A stretch of DNA of 64,000 nucleotides from Chloroflexi bacterium HGW-Chloroflexi-8 (GTDB lineage: Bacteria > Chloroflexota > Anaerolineae > Anaerolineales > Anaerolineaceae): the NCBI GenBank assembly GCA_002841995.1, contig PHBS01000001.1:13277-77276 (forward strand), written 5' to 3'. Numbering within the stretch: position 1 is the first letter of the stretch; each line of letters starts with the position of its first letter. The notes beneath the pieces were generated by a model that saw only the letters and a program-made list of their open reading frames with translations, had not been told where the DNA came from and did no database searches. Position numbers and translations under genes: made by a program. Positions 45,554 to 54,455 of this stretch are shown one piece after another.

Positions 45554-46432
45554 ATGACGAAGGCAGTTCAAATTGGAAATACTTGGGTTGGAGAAGGATA
45601 TCCAGTTTATATCGTAGGTGAAATTGGTATCAACCATAATGGTGATGTTGAAATTGCAAAAAGACTTATTCAGGAAGCACACCATGCCGGATTAAACGCA
45701 GTAAAATTTCAAAAGAGGACGCCAGAAATATGTGTCCCCAAAGAACAACAATCCTTAATGAGAGACACACCCTGGGGATATATCAGTTATTTGGATTATC
45801 GCTATAAAGTTGAATTTAACGAAGCCCAATATCATGAAATCGATCAGCTTTGTAAGTCGTTAGGCATTTCCTGGTTTGTTTCAGTCTGGGATGAGCCTTC
45901 GGTAGATTTTATGGAACAATTTTCTCCTAGCTGTTATAAAGTCCCATCAGCATCATTAACGGATCTTCCTTTATTACGAAAACTTCGATCAACAGGCAGA
46001 CCGCTGGTTTTATCTACTGGGATGTCAACTTTTGATCAGATAAAATATGCTATCAGTCAGATTGGAACTGAAAATCTTCTGATAACCCATGCTACAAGTG
46101 CTTATCCTTGTGATCCTGAAGAACTAAATCTTCGCATGGTTCAAACACTGAAACAGGAATTTGACTGCCCGATTGGTTATTCAGGTCACGAAGTTGGTCT
46201 GGTCCCATCGGCAGTGGCGGTCGCTTTAGGTGCTTGTTTAGTTGAACGGCATATTACACTGGATCGTGCCATGTGGGGATCTGACCAGGCTGCCTCTGTT
46301 GAACCTCAGGGTATGGAGAAATTGGTGAAATATATTCGTGTGACTGAAAAATCCCTGGGTGATGGTGTGAAGAAAGTCTACGAAAGTGAAAAATCCAGTC
46401 TCCAAAAATTACGGCGGGTAAAATCTTTCTAA
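45554..46432 (+). CDS. NeuB-family synthase lacking the SAF domain
   Basis: VYIVGEIGINHNGDVEIAKRLIQEAHHAGLNAVKFQKR, GYSGHE and VERHITLDR are present. The protein ends at 292 aa without a SAF/antifreeze-like tail. Confidence 0.85.
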   Translation: MTKAVQIGNTWVGEGYPVYIVGEIGINHNGDVEIAKRLIQEAHHAGLNAVKFQKRTPEICVPKEQQSLMRDTPWGYISYLDYRYKVEFNEAQYHEIDQLCKSLGISWFVSVWDEPSVDFMEQFSPSCYKVPSASLTDLPLLRKLRSTGRPLVLSTGMSTFDQIKYAISQIGTENLLITHATSAYPCDPEELNLRMVQTLKQEFDCPIGYSGHEVGLVPSAVAVALGACLVERHITLDRAMWGSDQAASVEPQGMEKLVKYIRVTEKSLGDGVKKVYESEKSSLQKLRRVKSF

Positions 46433-48039
46433 TGGTAAAGAAATTAAAACGTCTGAGATTGCGTGTAAATCAAATAATTACTCATACCCAAAACGATCAA
46501 AGAATAGCTAAGATCGCAAAGGGAATTAATAAGCATGCTGCTTTAGCGAATCAATCTCCCATTGTATTTTTTAATGCTTCAACCCGAATAAAAGGGATGA
46601 GCTTGAATGCTGGTTTTTCACTTTTGACAGCATGGATATTGAGATTGCAAGGGGTTCCAGTCGTTCAATTCGTTTGTGATGCTGGTATGTCATACTGTAT
46701 GCTGGGAAGTATATTAAACAATCCAACAGACAAACCTCCTTGTTCAGTGTGTGTGGCGCAATCGAAAAAAATGTATAAAAATTTAGATAGTCGTTGGGTT
46801 AATTTCAAACCTTCATTACAAGTCATTGAAGCAACGAAAAACCTTACTATTGATGAATTGTCAAATTTTCATTTTGAAGAAATGCCATTGGGTGATTTAG
46901 TGCTACCTTCTTTACGGTGGGTTTTAAGACGATATCACTTGACTGACAATGAGGAAACTCGCTTATTATTTCAACAATACATCATTTCTGCAGAAAGCAT
47001 TGCCCGACAATTTTCTGATTTTGTAAAAGAAATCAAACCACAAAAAGTCATTGTTTTTAATGGAATGTCATTCCCTGAAGCAGTGGTTAGATGGGTATCA
47101 ATCCAAAAAAGCATTCCTGTGATAACACATGAAGTAGGGCTTCAACCATTTAGTGCATATTTTTCAAATGATCAGGCTACTGCATACCCTATTCAAATAC
47201 CAGATTCTTTTAGCTTATCGGAGACTCAAAACACTAAATTAGATGAATATCTGGATTTAAGATTTAAGGGAAAATTTAGCATGGCTGGCGTGAAATTTTG
47301 GCCAACGATGAAAGAATTAAGCCCATCTTTTCTTGAGAGGGCTAAGAAATTTAAGCAAATCGTTCCAGTATTTACAAATGTGATTTTCGATACGAGCCAA
47401 TCACATGCCAATGTCATATTTGATCATATGTTTGATTGGTTGGATTGTGTATTGGAGGTCATTATCAAACATCCGGAGACTTTATTTGTTATCCGAGCCC
47501 ACCCGGATGAAGCGAGACCAGGAAAGGCCAGTAATGAAAATGTCGCTTCCTGGGCAAAGTCACATCGAATTGAATCGCATGATAATGTGGTTTTTGTAGA
47601 TGCAACTGAGCATTTTAGTTCCTATGAGCTAATCCAAAAATCCAAATTTGTTCTTATTTATAATTCCACGATCGGAATGGAAGCCACAGTTTTGGGAATT
47701 CCAGTTATCAGTGGAGGAAGATCACGTTTTACGCAAATCCCAATTGTCTTTTTTCCGGACTCCAAAAAAGCATTTGTTGAAAAGGTGGAAGAATTTCTTA
47801 CTTCCAATGAAATTGTTATACCGCAAGAATTTATTACAAATGTTCGCCGATTTTTGTATACCCAGCTTTATAAGGTCTCGCTTCCTTTTGGAGAATTTCT
47901 AGAAGAAGATCATGTTTGGGATGGATATGTAAAAATAAAAGATTTTTCCTGGGATCATTTGTTGCCAGAGAAATCTGTTGTTGCACAAACATTAGTAAAT
48001 GGGATTTTGAAAGATGAGCGTTTTGAAATAGATCAATGA
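46432..48039 (+). CDS. KpsS/KpsC-like (Capsule_synth family) GT-B protein, copy 3; candidate CMP-ulosonic-acid transferase
   Basis: IVPVFTNVIFDTSQSH, FVIRAHPDE and LIYNSTIGMEATVLGIPVISGGRSRF are present. It is a block-for-block paralogue of 31519-33129. Confidence 0.55.
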   Translation: MVKKLKRLRLRVNQIITHTQNDQRIAKIAKGINKHAALANQSPIVFFNASTRIKGMSLNAGFSLLTAWILRLQGVPVVQFVCDAGMSYCMLGSILNNPTDKPPCSVCVAQSKKMYKNLDSRWVNFKPSLQVIEATKNLTIDELSNFHFEEMPLGDLVLPSLRWVLRRYHLTDNEETRLLFQQYIISAESIARQFSDFVKEIKPQKVIVFNGMSFPEAVVRWVSIQKSIPVITHEVGLQPFSAYFSNDQATAYPIQIPDSFSLSETQNTKLDEYLDLRFKGKFSMAGVKFWPTMKELSPSFLERAKKFKQIVPVFTNVIFDTSQSHANVIFDHMFDWLDCVLEVIIKHPETLFVIRAHPDEARPGKASNENVASWAKSHRIESHDNVVFVDATEHFSSYELIQKSKFVLIYNSTIGMEATVLGIPVISGGRSRFTQIPIVFFPDSKKAFVEKVEEFLTSNEIVIPQEFITNVRRFLYTQLYKVSLPFGEFLEEDHVWDGYVKIKDFSWDHLLPEKSVVAQTLVNGILKDERFEIDQ

Positions 48040-48992
48040 AACCAGACTGTTCAATCATTATTCGCGCTTTTAATGAAGAAAAGCACATTGCAAGATTATT
48101 GGAAGGAATTTTCCAACAAACCATAAAAGATATCGAAGTAATTTTAGTTGATTCGGGATCTTTAGACGGTACTGTCGAAATTGCCAAAAAATTTCCTGTT
48201 GAGATCGTTCATATCAAGCCAATCGAATTTACTTTTGGACGGTCACTAAACATGGGGATCAATGCTGCAAAATCTGATTTAATCGTCTTAGCGAGTGCTC
48301 ATATTTATCCTGTTTACCCTGATTGGCTGGAACGACTGTTAGATCCTTTTAGCGATAATCGGGTTGCATTGACTTATGGAAAACAACGAGGGATCGAAAC
48401 GACACATTTTTCCGAGAAAATGATTTTTTCTCATTGGTTCCCAGATATTTCAAATTGGCATCAGGACCATCCGTTTTGCAATAATGCTAACGCTGCCATT
48501 CGTCGTGACTTGTGGGCAGAGCATTCTTATAATGAGAATTTGCCTGGTTTGGAAGATTTGGCGTGGGCTCGCTGGGCATTTGACCAGGGCTATCAAATTG
48601 CTTATGTTTCTGAGGCTGAAATCGTGCATGTTCATAATGAGACCTGGAGGGGAATTTCCAATCGTTACAAAAGGGAAGGAATGGCTTTTAAAACGATTTA
48701 TCCACAGGAAAGCTTTAGTAAAAAAGATTTCTTCAAAGCTTTATTGTCAAATGTTCGAAATGATTTTCAAGCAGCATCTAAAGAAAAATCATTGCCTAAA
48801 CATTGGAAACAAATTATCGCATTCCGCTGGAATCAATTTCTAGGAACTTATCAAGGGTATAATCAGTCTGGGCCATTAACTTGGAAATTGAAACAGACTT
48901 TTTATTATCCTCGCATTTCAGCAGAATCAAAGATGATTAGAAGATCAATTGACCCAATTCAATATCAAGATCAAACAGAAAAAGTAGAGTGA
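48036..48992 (+). CDS. Glycosyltransferase family 2
   Basis: CSIIIRAFNEE and VILVDSGSLDGT are present. The overlap with the upstream gene indicates translational coupling. Confidence 0.8.
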   Translation: MKPDCSIIIRAFNEEKHIARLLEGIFQQTIKDIEVILVDSGSLDGTVEIAKKFPVEIVHIKPIEFTFGRSLNMGINAAKSDLIVLASAHIYPVYPDWLERLLDPFSDNRVALTYGKQRGIETTHFSEKMIFSHWFPDISNWHQDHPFCNNANAAIRRDLWAEHSYNENLPGLEDLAWARWAFDQGYQIAYVSEAEIVHVHNETWRGISNRYKREGMAFKTIYPQESFSKKDFFKALLSNVRNDFQAASKEKSLPKHWKQIIAFRWNQFLGTYQGYNQSGPLTWKLKQTFYYPRISAESKMIRRSIDPIQYQDQTEKVE

Positions 48993-48995
48993 ATT

Positions 48996-49685
48996 ATGAA
49001 TCAAGCAAAAAAAGTTGTTGCGCTTGTACCCATGCGGCATCATTCGGTTCGTGTTCCGGGAAAAAATTATAAATTAATTGCCGGAAAACCATTATTTCAC
49101 CATATTTTGACAACTTTACAGAACTGCCCAGAAATTTCTCAAATAGTTGTCGATACGGACAGTGAGAATATTATTGAGGGGATTCAAAAAGACTATCCCA
49201 ATGTGATGGTTTTTAAACGACCAAATTATTTAACTGCAGACACTGTCCCGATGAATGAGATATTAATGTATGATACTGAAATTGTACCGGCAGATTTATA
49301 TATTCAAACACATAGTACAAATCCTTTATTGAAATCAGAAACTATTTCATCTGCGATACAAACGCTTATTCAGAATTTTCCTGCATATGATTCATTATTT
49401 TCAGTTACACGCCAACAAACACGATATTGGGATAATTTATCCAGACCTATTAATCACAATCCTGCAATTTTAATACGCACCCAGGATTTACCACCAATTT
49501 ATGAAGAAAATTCTTGTATTTACGTTTTTACTCGGGAAACCCTCAAGAATAAACGGAATCGAATTGGAGAACGCCCTTTCCTATTCGAGATAGAGCGATC
49601 TGAAGCTTTTGATATCGATGAAGAACTTGATTTTCTTCTGGCTGATTTGATGTTGAAACACCGCTCTCAAATTGGTCAGAGTTAA
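48996..49685 (+). CDS. Cytidylyltransferase (CTP_transf_3 / acylneuraminate cytidylyltransferase family), third copy
   Basis: VVALVPMRHHSVRVPGKNYKLIAGKPL and IQTHSTNPL are present. Confidence 0.75.
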   Translation: MNQAKKVVALVPMRHHSVRVPGKNYKLIAGKPLFHHILTTLQNCPEISQIVVDTDSENIIEGIQKDYPNVMVFKRPNYLTADTVPMNEILMYDTEIVPADLYIQTHSTNPLLKSETISSAIQTLIQNFPAYDSLFSVTRQQTRYWDNLSRPINHNPAILIRTQDLPPIYEENSCIYVFTRETLKNKRNRIGERPFLFEIERSEAFDIDEELDFLLADLMLKHRSQIGQS

Positions 49686-49727
49686 CCAAACGATTAATTA
49701 ATCTAATAACAAAATATCCAGGTGTCT

Positions 49728-50723
49728 ATGAAATACTCAGTTTTATTATCAGCCCCATATATGTTGCCTACTAAAGATCGTTTTATAAAGATATTGAATC
49801 ATTATGAAATTGATGTTTTAACTCCTGAAGTCCATGAACGTCTGACTGAGCCCGAAATACTTTATTATGCCGGAAATTTCGATGGTGCGATTTGTGGAGA
49901 TGATCCATATACCGATTTGGTTATAAAAGCTTGTCTACCAAGACTGAAGGTTATTTCTAAGTGGGGCACAGGAATTGACTCTATTCACAAGACTTTTGCT
50001 GAGTCAGTGGGAGTCATGGTAGGAAACACTCCGAACGCATTTACTCTTCCAGTATCTGATAGTGTGCTTGGATATATGCTTGTTTTTGCAAGACGATTAA
50101 CCTGGATGGATACAGCTATGAAGGCAGGCGAATGGAATAAAATTCCTGGCAGATCTTTAAGTGAATGTACCCTTGGGGTAATTGGAATCGGTAATGTAGG
50201 CAAAGCAGTGATTCGCCGGGCAAGAGCATTTGGGATGAGATTGCTAGGGAATGATATTCGGCCGATAGAACCCGATTTTATCCTTGAACAAGGGTTAGAA
50301 ATGGTCATTCTGGAAAAGCTTCTCAAAGAATCTGATTTTGTCAGCATGCATTGTGATTTAAATCCAACTAGCAGACATTTAATCAACGAAAAAACGATAA
50401 GTTGGATGCAACCTCATAGTGTATTAATTAATACTGCCAGGGGTCCTGTCGTCAAGGAAAGTGCCCTTGTGGATGCTTTGCTTAACAAGAAAATTGGAGG
50501 AGCAGCCCTGGATGTATTTGAATTTGAACCTTTACCCCAGAATTCTCCTTTATTGAAAATGGAAAATGTCTTACTTGCTCCACATAATTCAAATTCAAGC
50601 CCACAAGCCTGGGAACGTGTTCATAAAAATACTTTACTTAATCTTCTGGAAGGGCTTCATATTCCTCATTCAGATTTTGATGAAATATTCAAATCGGTTA
50701 GTAAAGAGGTGAAAATTGGATAA
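49728..50723 (+). CDS. D-isomer-specific 2-hydroxyacid dehydrogenase (phosphoglycerate dehydrogenase-like)
   Basis: LGVIGIGNVGKAV (NAD fold), INTARGPVV, AALDVFEFEP and APHNS are present. A GTG at 49722 is an alternative start. Confidence 0.8.
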   Translation: MKYSVLLSAPYMLPTKDRFIKILNHYEIDVLTPEVHERLTEPEILYYAGNFDGAICGDDPYTDLVIKACLPRLKVISKWGTGIDSIHKTFAESVGVMVGNTPNAFTLPVSDSVLGYMLVFARRLTWMDTAMKAGEWNKIPGRSLSECTLGVIGIGNVGKAVIRRARAFGMRLLGNDIRPIEPDFILEQGLEMVILEKLLKESDFVSMHCDLNPTSRHLINEKTISWMQPHSVLINTARGPVVKESALVDALLNKKIGGAALDVFEFEPLPQNSPLLKMENVLLAPHNSNSSPQAWERVHKNTLLNLLEGLHIPHSDFDEIFKSVSKEVKIG

Positions 50724-51456
50724 CTCGAAAAAAAGAATTGTTCTAATAACCGGGGCAGCCGGCGGAATCGGAAGTGCAACCGTAAATCTTTTCCATGAAA
50801 AAAATTGGTTAGTAATCGGTGTAGACAGAGCGAAGTTTTCCGGTGTTTTTCCGGATGATGGTGTATTTGTTCAAGCAGATATCTCCGATCCAACTCAATT
50901 GGAAAATATTTATCAAAATGTTAGTAAATTTACGGATTCCCTTGATGCAGTGATTAATAATGCAGCTTTTCAAGTTGTGAAACCTCTTTTGGAGACCAGT
51001 GTGGAAGAATGGGATGCGGTTATGGCATCCAATTTACGCTCTGTGTTTTTAGGTGCAAAACTTTCACATCCATTATTGAAAAACCATGGAGGGGGAGCAA
51101 TTGTAAATGTATCGTCTGTCCATGCAGTTGCAACATCTGCGAATGTGGGCAGCTATGCCGCCAGTAAAGGTGGGCTTTTAGCATTGACGAGGTCTATGGC
51201 AATTGAATTCGCAAAGGATAATATTCGGGTCAATGCAATTTTGCCGGGCGCAGTGGATACCCCCATGCTTTCAGCTCACTTAGATCAGGCACGTTTGGAA
51301 AATTTAGCGCTAAAGACAGTCATTGGTAGAATCGGAAAACCAATAGAGCTTGCACATGCAATTTATTTCTTGGCAGACGAAGAGCAATCTTCTTTTATGA
51401 CAGGTCAATCCATCCTGGTTGATGGCGGAGCGACAGCGAAATTGAGTACAGAATAA
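50716..51456 (+). CDS. SDR-family oxidoreductase
   Basis: TTG start. VLITGAAGGIGSA, NNAA, YAASKGG (YxxxK) and PGAVDTPM are present. Confidence 0.85.
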   Translation: MDNSKKRIVLITGAAGGIGSATVNLFHEKNWLVIGVDRAKFSGVFPDDGVFVQADISDPTQLENIYQNVSKFTDSLDAVINNAAFQVVKPLLETSVEEWDAVMASNLRSVFLGAKLSHPLLKNHGGGAIVNVSSVHAVATSANVGSYAASKGGLLALTRSMAIEFAKDNIRVNAILPGAVDTPMLSAHLDQARLENLALKTVIGRIGKPIELAHAIYFLADEEQSSFMTGQSILVDGGATAKLSTE

Positions 51457-51458
51457 AT

Positions 51459-52283
51459 ATGAAATCAATTATAAAGAAATCCCTACCTGTACCAGTTTTG
51501 GAATTTGTTCGCAACTGTCTGGATGCATCCAAAAGGAGTTTGGAAGTTCCAAATGCATATTTCCACCCTTGGCGGAAACAGACACGGCAGCGCATCGTGA
51601 AATATAAAGATATTCACAAAAATCAACGTTGCTTCATACTCGGGAATGGTCCAAGTCTTAAAAATACTGATCTTTCTAAGTTGAAAAATGAAGTTACGTT
51701 TGGAATGAACCGAATTTATCTTGCATATTCCGATATGGGTTTCTCTTCTACCTATTATGTTTCTGTCAATGATCTGGTTATTGAACAATGTGCAGAAGAC
51801 ATTCAGAATTTAAAACAACCAAGGTTCGTTTCATGGCGGGGTGGAAAGAAATGGTTGCAACCGGATGATGACTTATTTTTCCTTTATACGACCTACACAG
51901 AACCGATATTCGCTAAAGATATTCGTAATCGCATCTGGGAAAGTGCAACTGTTACCTATGTAGCATTACAGATTGCTTTCTATATGGGATTTAAAGAAGT
52001 TATTTTGATTGGTGTTGATCACAATTTTGAAACAAAAGGGAAAGCAAACACGACAATTGTCTCACAAGGCGATGACCCCAATCATTTTCACCCAGAATAT
52101 TTTGGAAAGGGATTCCGTTGGCAATTACCCGATCTGGAAAAATCAGAAATCGGGTACCAAATGGCCAAAAAGACTTTCGAAAAAGCTGGCAGAAAAATAT
52201 TGGATGCTACCATTGGCGGTAAACTGACAATTTTTGAAAAAATTGAATACAATGAATGTTTTTCTCAAAGACCGGTTTATTAA
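51459..52283 (+). CDS. DUF115/MptE-like (Maf family) protein resembling CstII-type sialyltransferases; candidate nonulosonic acid transferase
   Basis: RCFILGNGPSLKNTDLSKL parallels the CstII/Maf GNGPSL motif. ATVTYVALQIAFYMGFKEVILIGVDHNF parallels CstII TSGVYMCAVAIALGYKEIYLSGIDFY. Confidence 0.6.
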   Translation: MKSIIKKSLPVPVLEFVRNCLDASKRSLEVPNAYFHPWRKQTRQRIVKYKDIHKNQRCFILGNGPSLKNTDLSKLKNEVTFGMNRIYLAYSDMGFSSTYYVSVNDLVIEQCAEDIQNLKQPRFVSWRGGKKWLQPDDDLFFLYTTYTEPIFAKDIRNRIWESATVTYVALQIAFYMGFKEVILIGVDHNFETKGKANTTIVSQGDDPNHFHPEYFGKGFRWQLPDLEKSEIGYQMAKKTFEKAGRKILDATIGGKLTIFEKIEYNECFSQRPVY

Positions 52284-54307
52284 TCGCTATTACAGAACGC
52301 TTTCTTTAATAATTCGTTACCATTTTTGAAATTTTCTTTATCGTCATCGGTTTTTGCCGTGAAAATATCACATGCTTGTTTTTGGTAAAATGGAATTTGA
52401 ATTAACTTGTCGATTAATTCATCCGCTTTGTCAATCTCTCCAGCGTAAGCATACGCTTGAATAAATGGCATCAATTCAATATTGTCACTGGGATGAAGAT
52501 TCTTGCTTTCGACCAAAGTTCCAATTTCTTTTACTTTTTCCCATTCGCCAAATTGTCGTGCTAAAGAGGCTTGTTCATAGTAATAACACCAGTTGTCTTC
52601 AGAAACTGCGGTTCGAAATAAGCGAGTAAATGCTTCATAGTTTATTGCATTGTCAGAAGTAATTAAATCGATGGAAGAGTAAGGTGATGCAAGTTGGATC
52701 AATTCGTCATCAAATATAGATAACTCTATTTGTTGGTTGTCTATGATTCGTAAACATGATTTTTCGGTGGGCAATGTAAAAACCAGGGTTTTATTGTAAT
52801 CATGCTCTATTTTCAAAGATCTGAGTTCTTTTTCGTATGGAGCCTTCATCTCGATATCTTTTACGATGCCATTATTCAATACTTCGGCGGAAATCGTTAT
52901 TCTTTGACTTGGAGTGGCGCGATAAATCAAATTCGCAGGGGACCAAATATAATAACCCTCATAAATTGGACTGGATCGTAATCCAACCAATGTCGTGCCA
53001 TTCATTAAATTCGGTGTGCGCCAAATAAAATTCTGCCAAAATTTCTGTGTTAAAGCCCATTCATCTGCAAATCTCACATTATTTGAAAATTGAGTCATGA
53101 CAGAAATAAAAATGATGGCCGAAAAAAATAAAACCTGGATCTTTTTATTTGATATCAATGAAACAAAACCAACGATAAAAATTGATACGCCTAAAGCGGA
53201 AGGGAAGGAAAAACGATTGAAGAATAGATAAGAAACATCCCTTTCAACCAGATTTACACTGAAAAGACAGACCGATGCACCTAGAAAAGCAAGCAATGCA
53301 AAAGTTAAGGACTTTTTGCCCGAATTTTCGATAATGTCTCCATCTTTTGAGTTGTAAACAATTTTTAAATAAATTAAGAAACAACAAACCGATGCAAGTC
53401 CTAATAGAATGGCAGCAATAAATTCTTTCCCGCCTAATTTTGGAATTAATAATGAAATGGGTGTTGTATATGCTCCTATAAAAGTTTCAACCAGATCCGC
53501 AGTGAACCTTTTGAGAACAGTTATTATAGATAATATGATTGATTCGGAAAAATTAGAAAGAAGCAATTCAACACTTGTCGTTACTCTTGTACTGGTAAAA
53601 ATGAAAAGCCTCCAATATGCAAATATTGCTGGGGCAATTAAGAATGGAATAATCGACAAGAGTATCCGAAACAATTTCTTTGCAATTTGATCATCTTTCT
53701 TATCCCACAAATAAAAAAAGATAAATAAAAACCTATATCCTTCCATTGCAATAAAGTATTCCATCAGGAAATAACATATCAAAGCAAATATTGTCGATAA
53801 GACGAAATAAAAAGATTTTAAATAAAAATTCCTGTTGAAATATTTAATGCTGAATACGATTGAAAGAATCATGCATGTCAATGCAATTTGGTGTGCCATG
53901 TAATCCATCGCATTGGGTTGCTCAAGAAATCCTGGATATATTATGAAAATGACTGCTACTATCGTGGCTGAAAGGATCTTGTCTTTCCAAAGAATCAACA
54001 TGAGCCAAAACAAACTCAGTGCCCCTGCGAATCTAACCAAAATTGCTAAAAGATAATAATATGTGATGTTTATGTCAAAAAGATTGAATAACAAGGATTG
54101 CAAAAAACCCCGAAATGGTCGGTCGATGGAAAACATATCAAAATAGCGAATTGCTCCGAAATTAACCCCACCATATAAAAGATACCAATCATCCGAGTAA
54201 AATCCTAATTTATTCATTTTGCCAAAATAAGCGATGATTGTAGTAATCAACAAGAATAAAATGGAGATTAATATCCTTTTATTGTTTTTTTTCAATGAAA
54301 ACTCCAA
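52280..54307 (-). CDS. Large polytopic membrane protein (GT-C-like) with a C-terminal soluble, TPR-like domain
   Basis: 675 aa. About 12-13 TM helices are followed by a soluble tail of about 230 aa. Function is inferred from architecture only. It is the only minus-strand gene in this block. Confidence 0.4.
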   Translation of the reverse strand: MEFSLKKNNKRILISILFLLITTIIAYFGKMNKLGFYSDDWYLLYGGVNFGAIRYFDMFSIDRPFRGFLQSLLFNLFDINITYYYLLAILVRFAGALSLFWLMLILWKDKILSATIVAVIFIIYPGFLEQPNAMDYMAHQIALTCMILSIVFSIKYFNRNFYLKSFYFVLSTIFALICYFLMEYFIAMEGYRFLFIFFYLWDKKDDQIAKKLFRILLSIIPFLIAPAIFAYWRLFIFTSTRVTTSVELLLSNFSESIILSIITVLKRFTADLVETFIGAYTTPISLLIPKLGGKEFIAAILLGLASVCCFLIYLKIVYNSKDGDIIENSGKKSLTFALLAFLGASVCLFSVNLVERDVSYLFFNRFSFPSALGVSIFIVGFVSLISNKKIQVLFFSAIIFISVMTQFSNNVRFADEWALTQKFWQNFIWRTPNLMNGTTLVGLRSSPIYEGYYIWSPANLIYRATPSQRITISAEVLNNGIVKDIEMKAPYEKELRSLKIEHDYNKTLVFTLPTEKSCLRIIDNQQIELSIFDDELIQLASPYSSIDLITSDNAINYEAFTRLFRTAVSEDNWCYYYEQASLARQFGEWEKVKEIGTLVESKNLHPSDNIELMPFIQAYAYAGEIDKADELIDKLIQIPFYQKQACDIFTAKTDDDKENFKNGNELLKKAFCNSD

Positions 54308-54455
54308 ATATTTGTCTACGATGAAAAAATGATCAGATAATGAATCATTGGCATGATATTATTAAGCGGATGGCATTTGATTAAACGCAATTATAAGGTA
54401 AATCCAATAATTTTTTACCATAGTAATTGAATGGGTTCGTGCCAAAATATGATTG

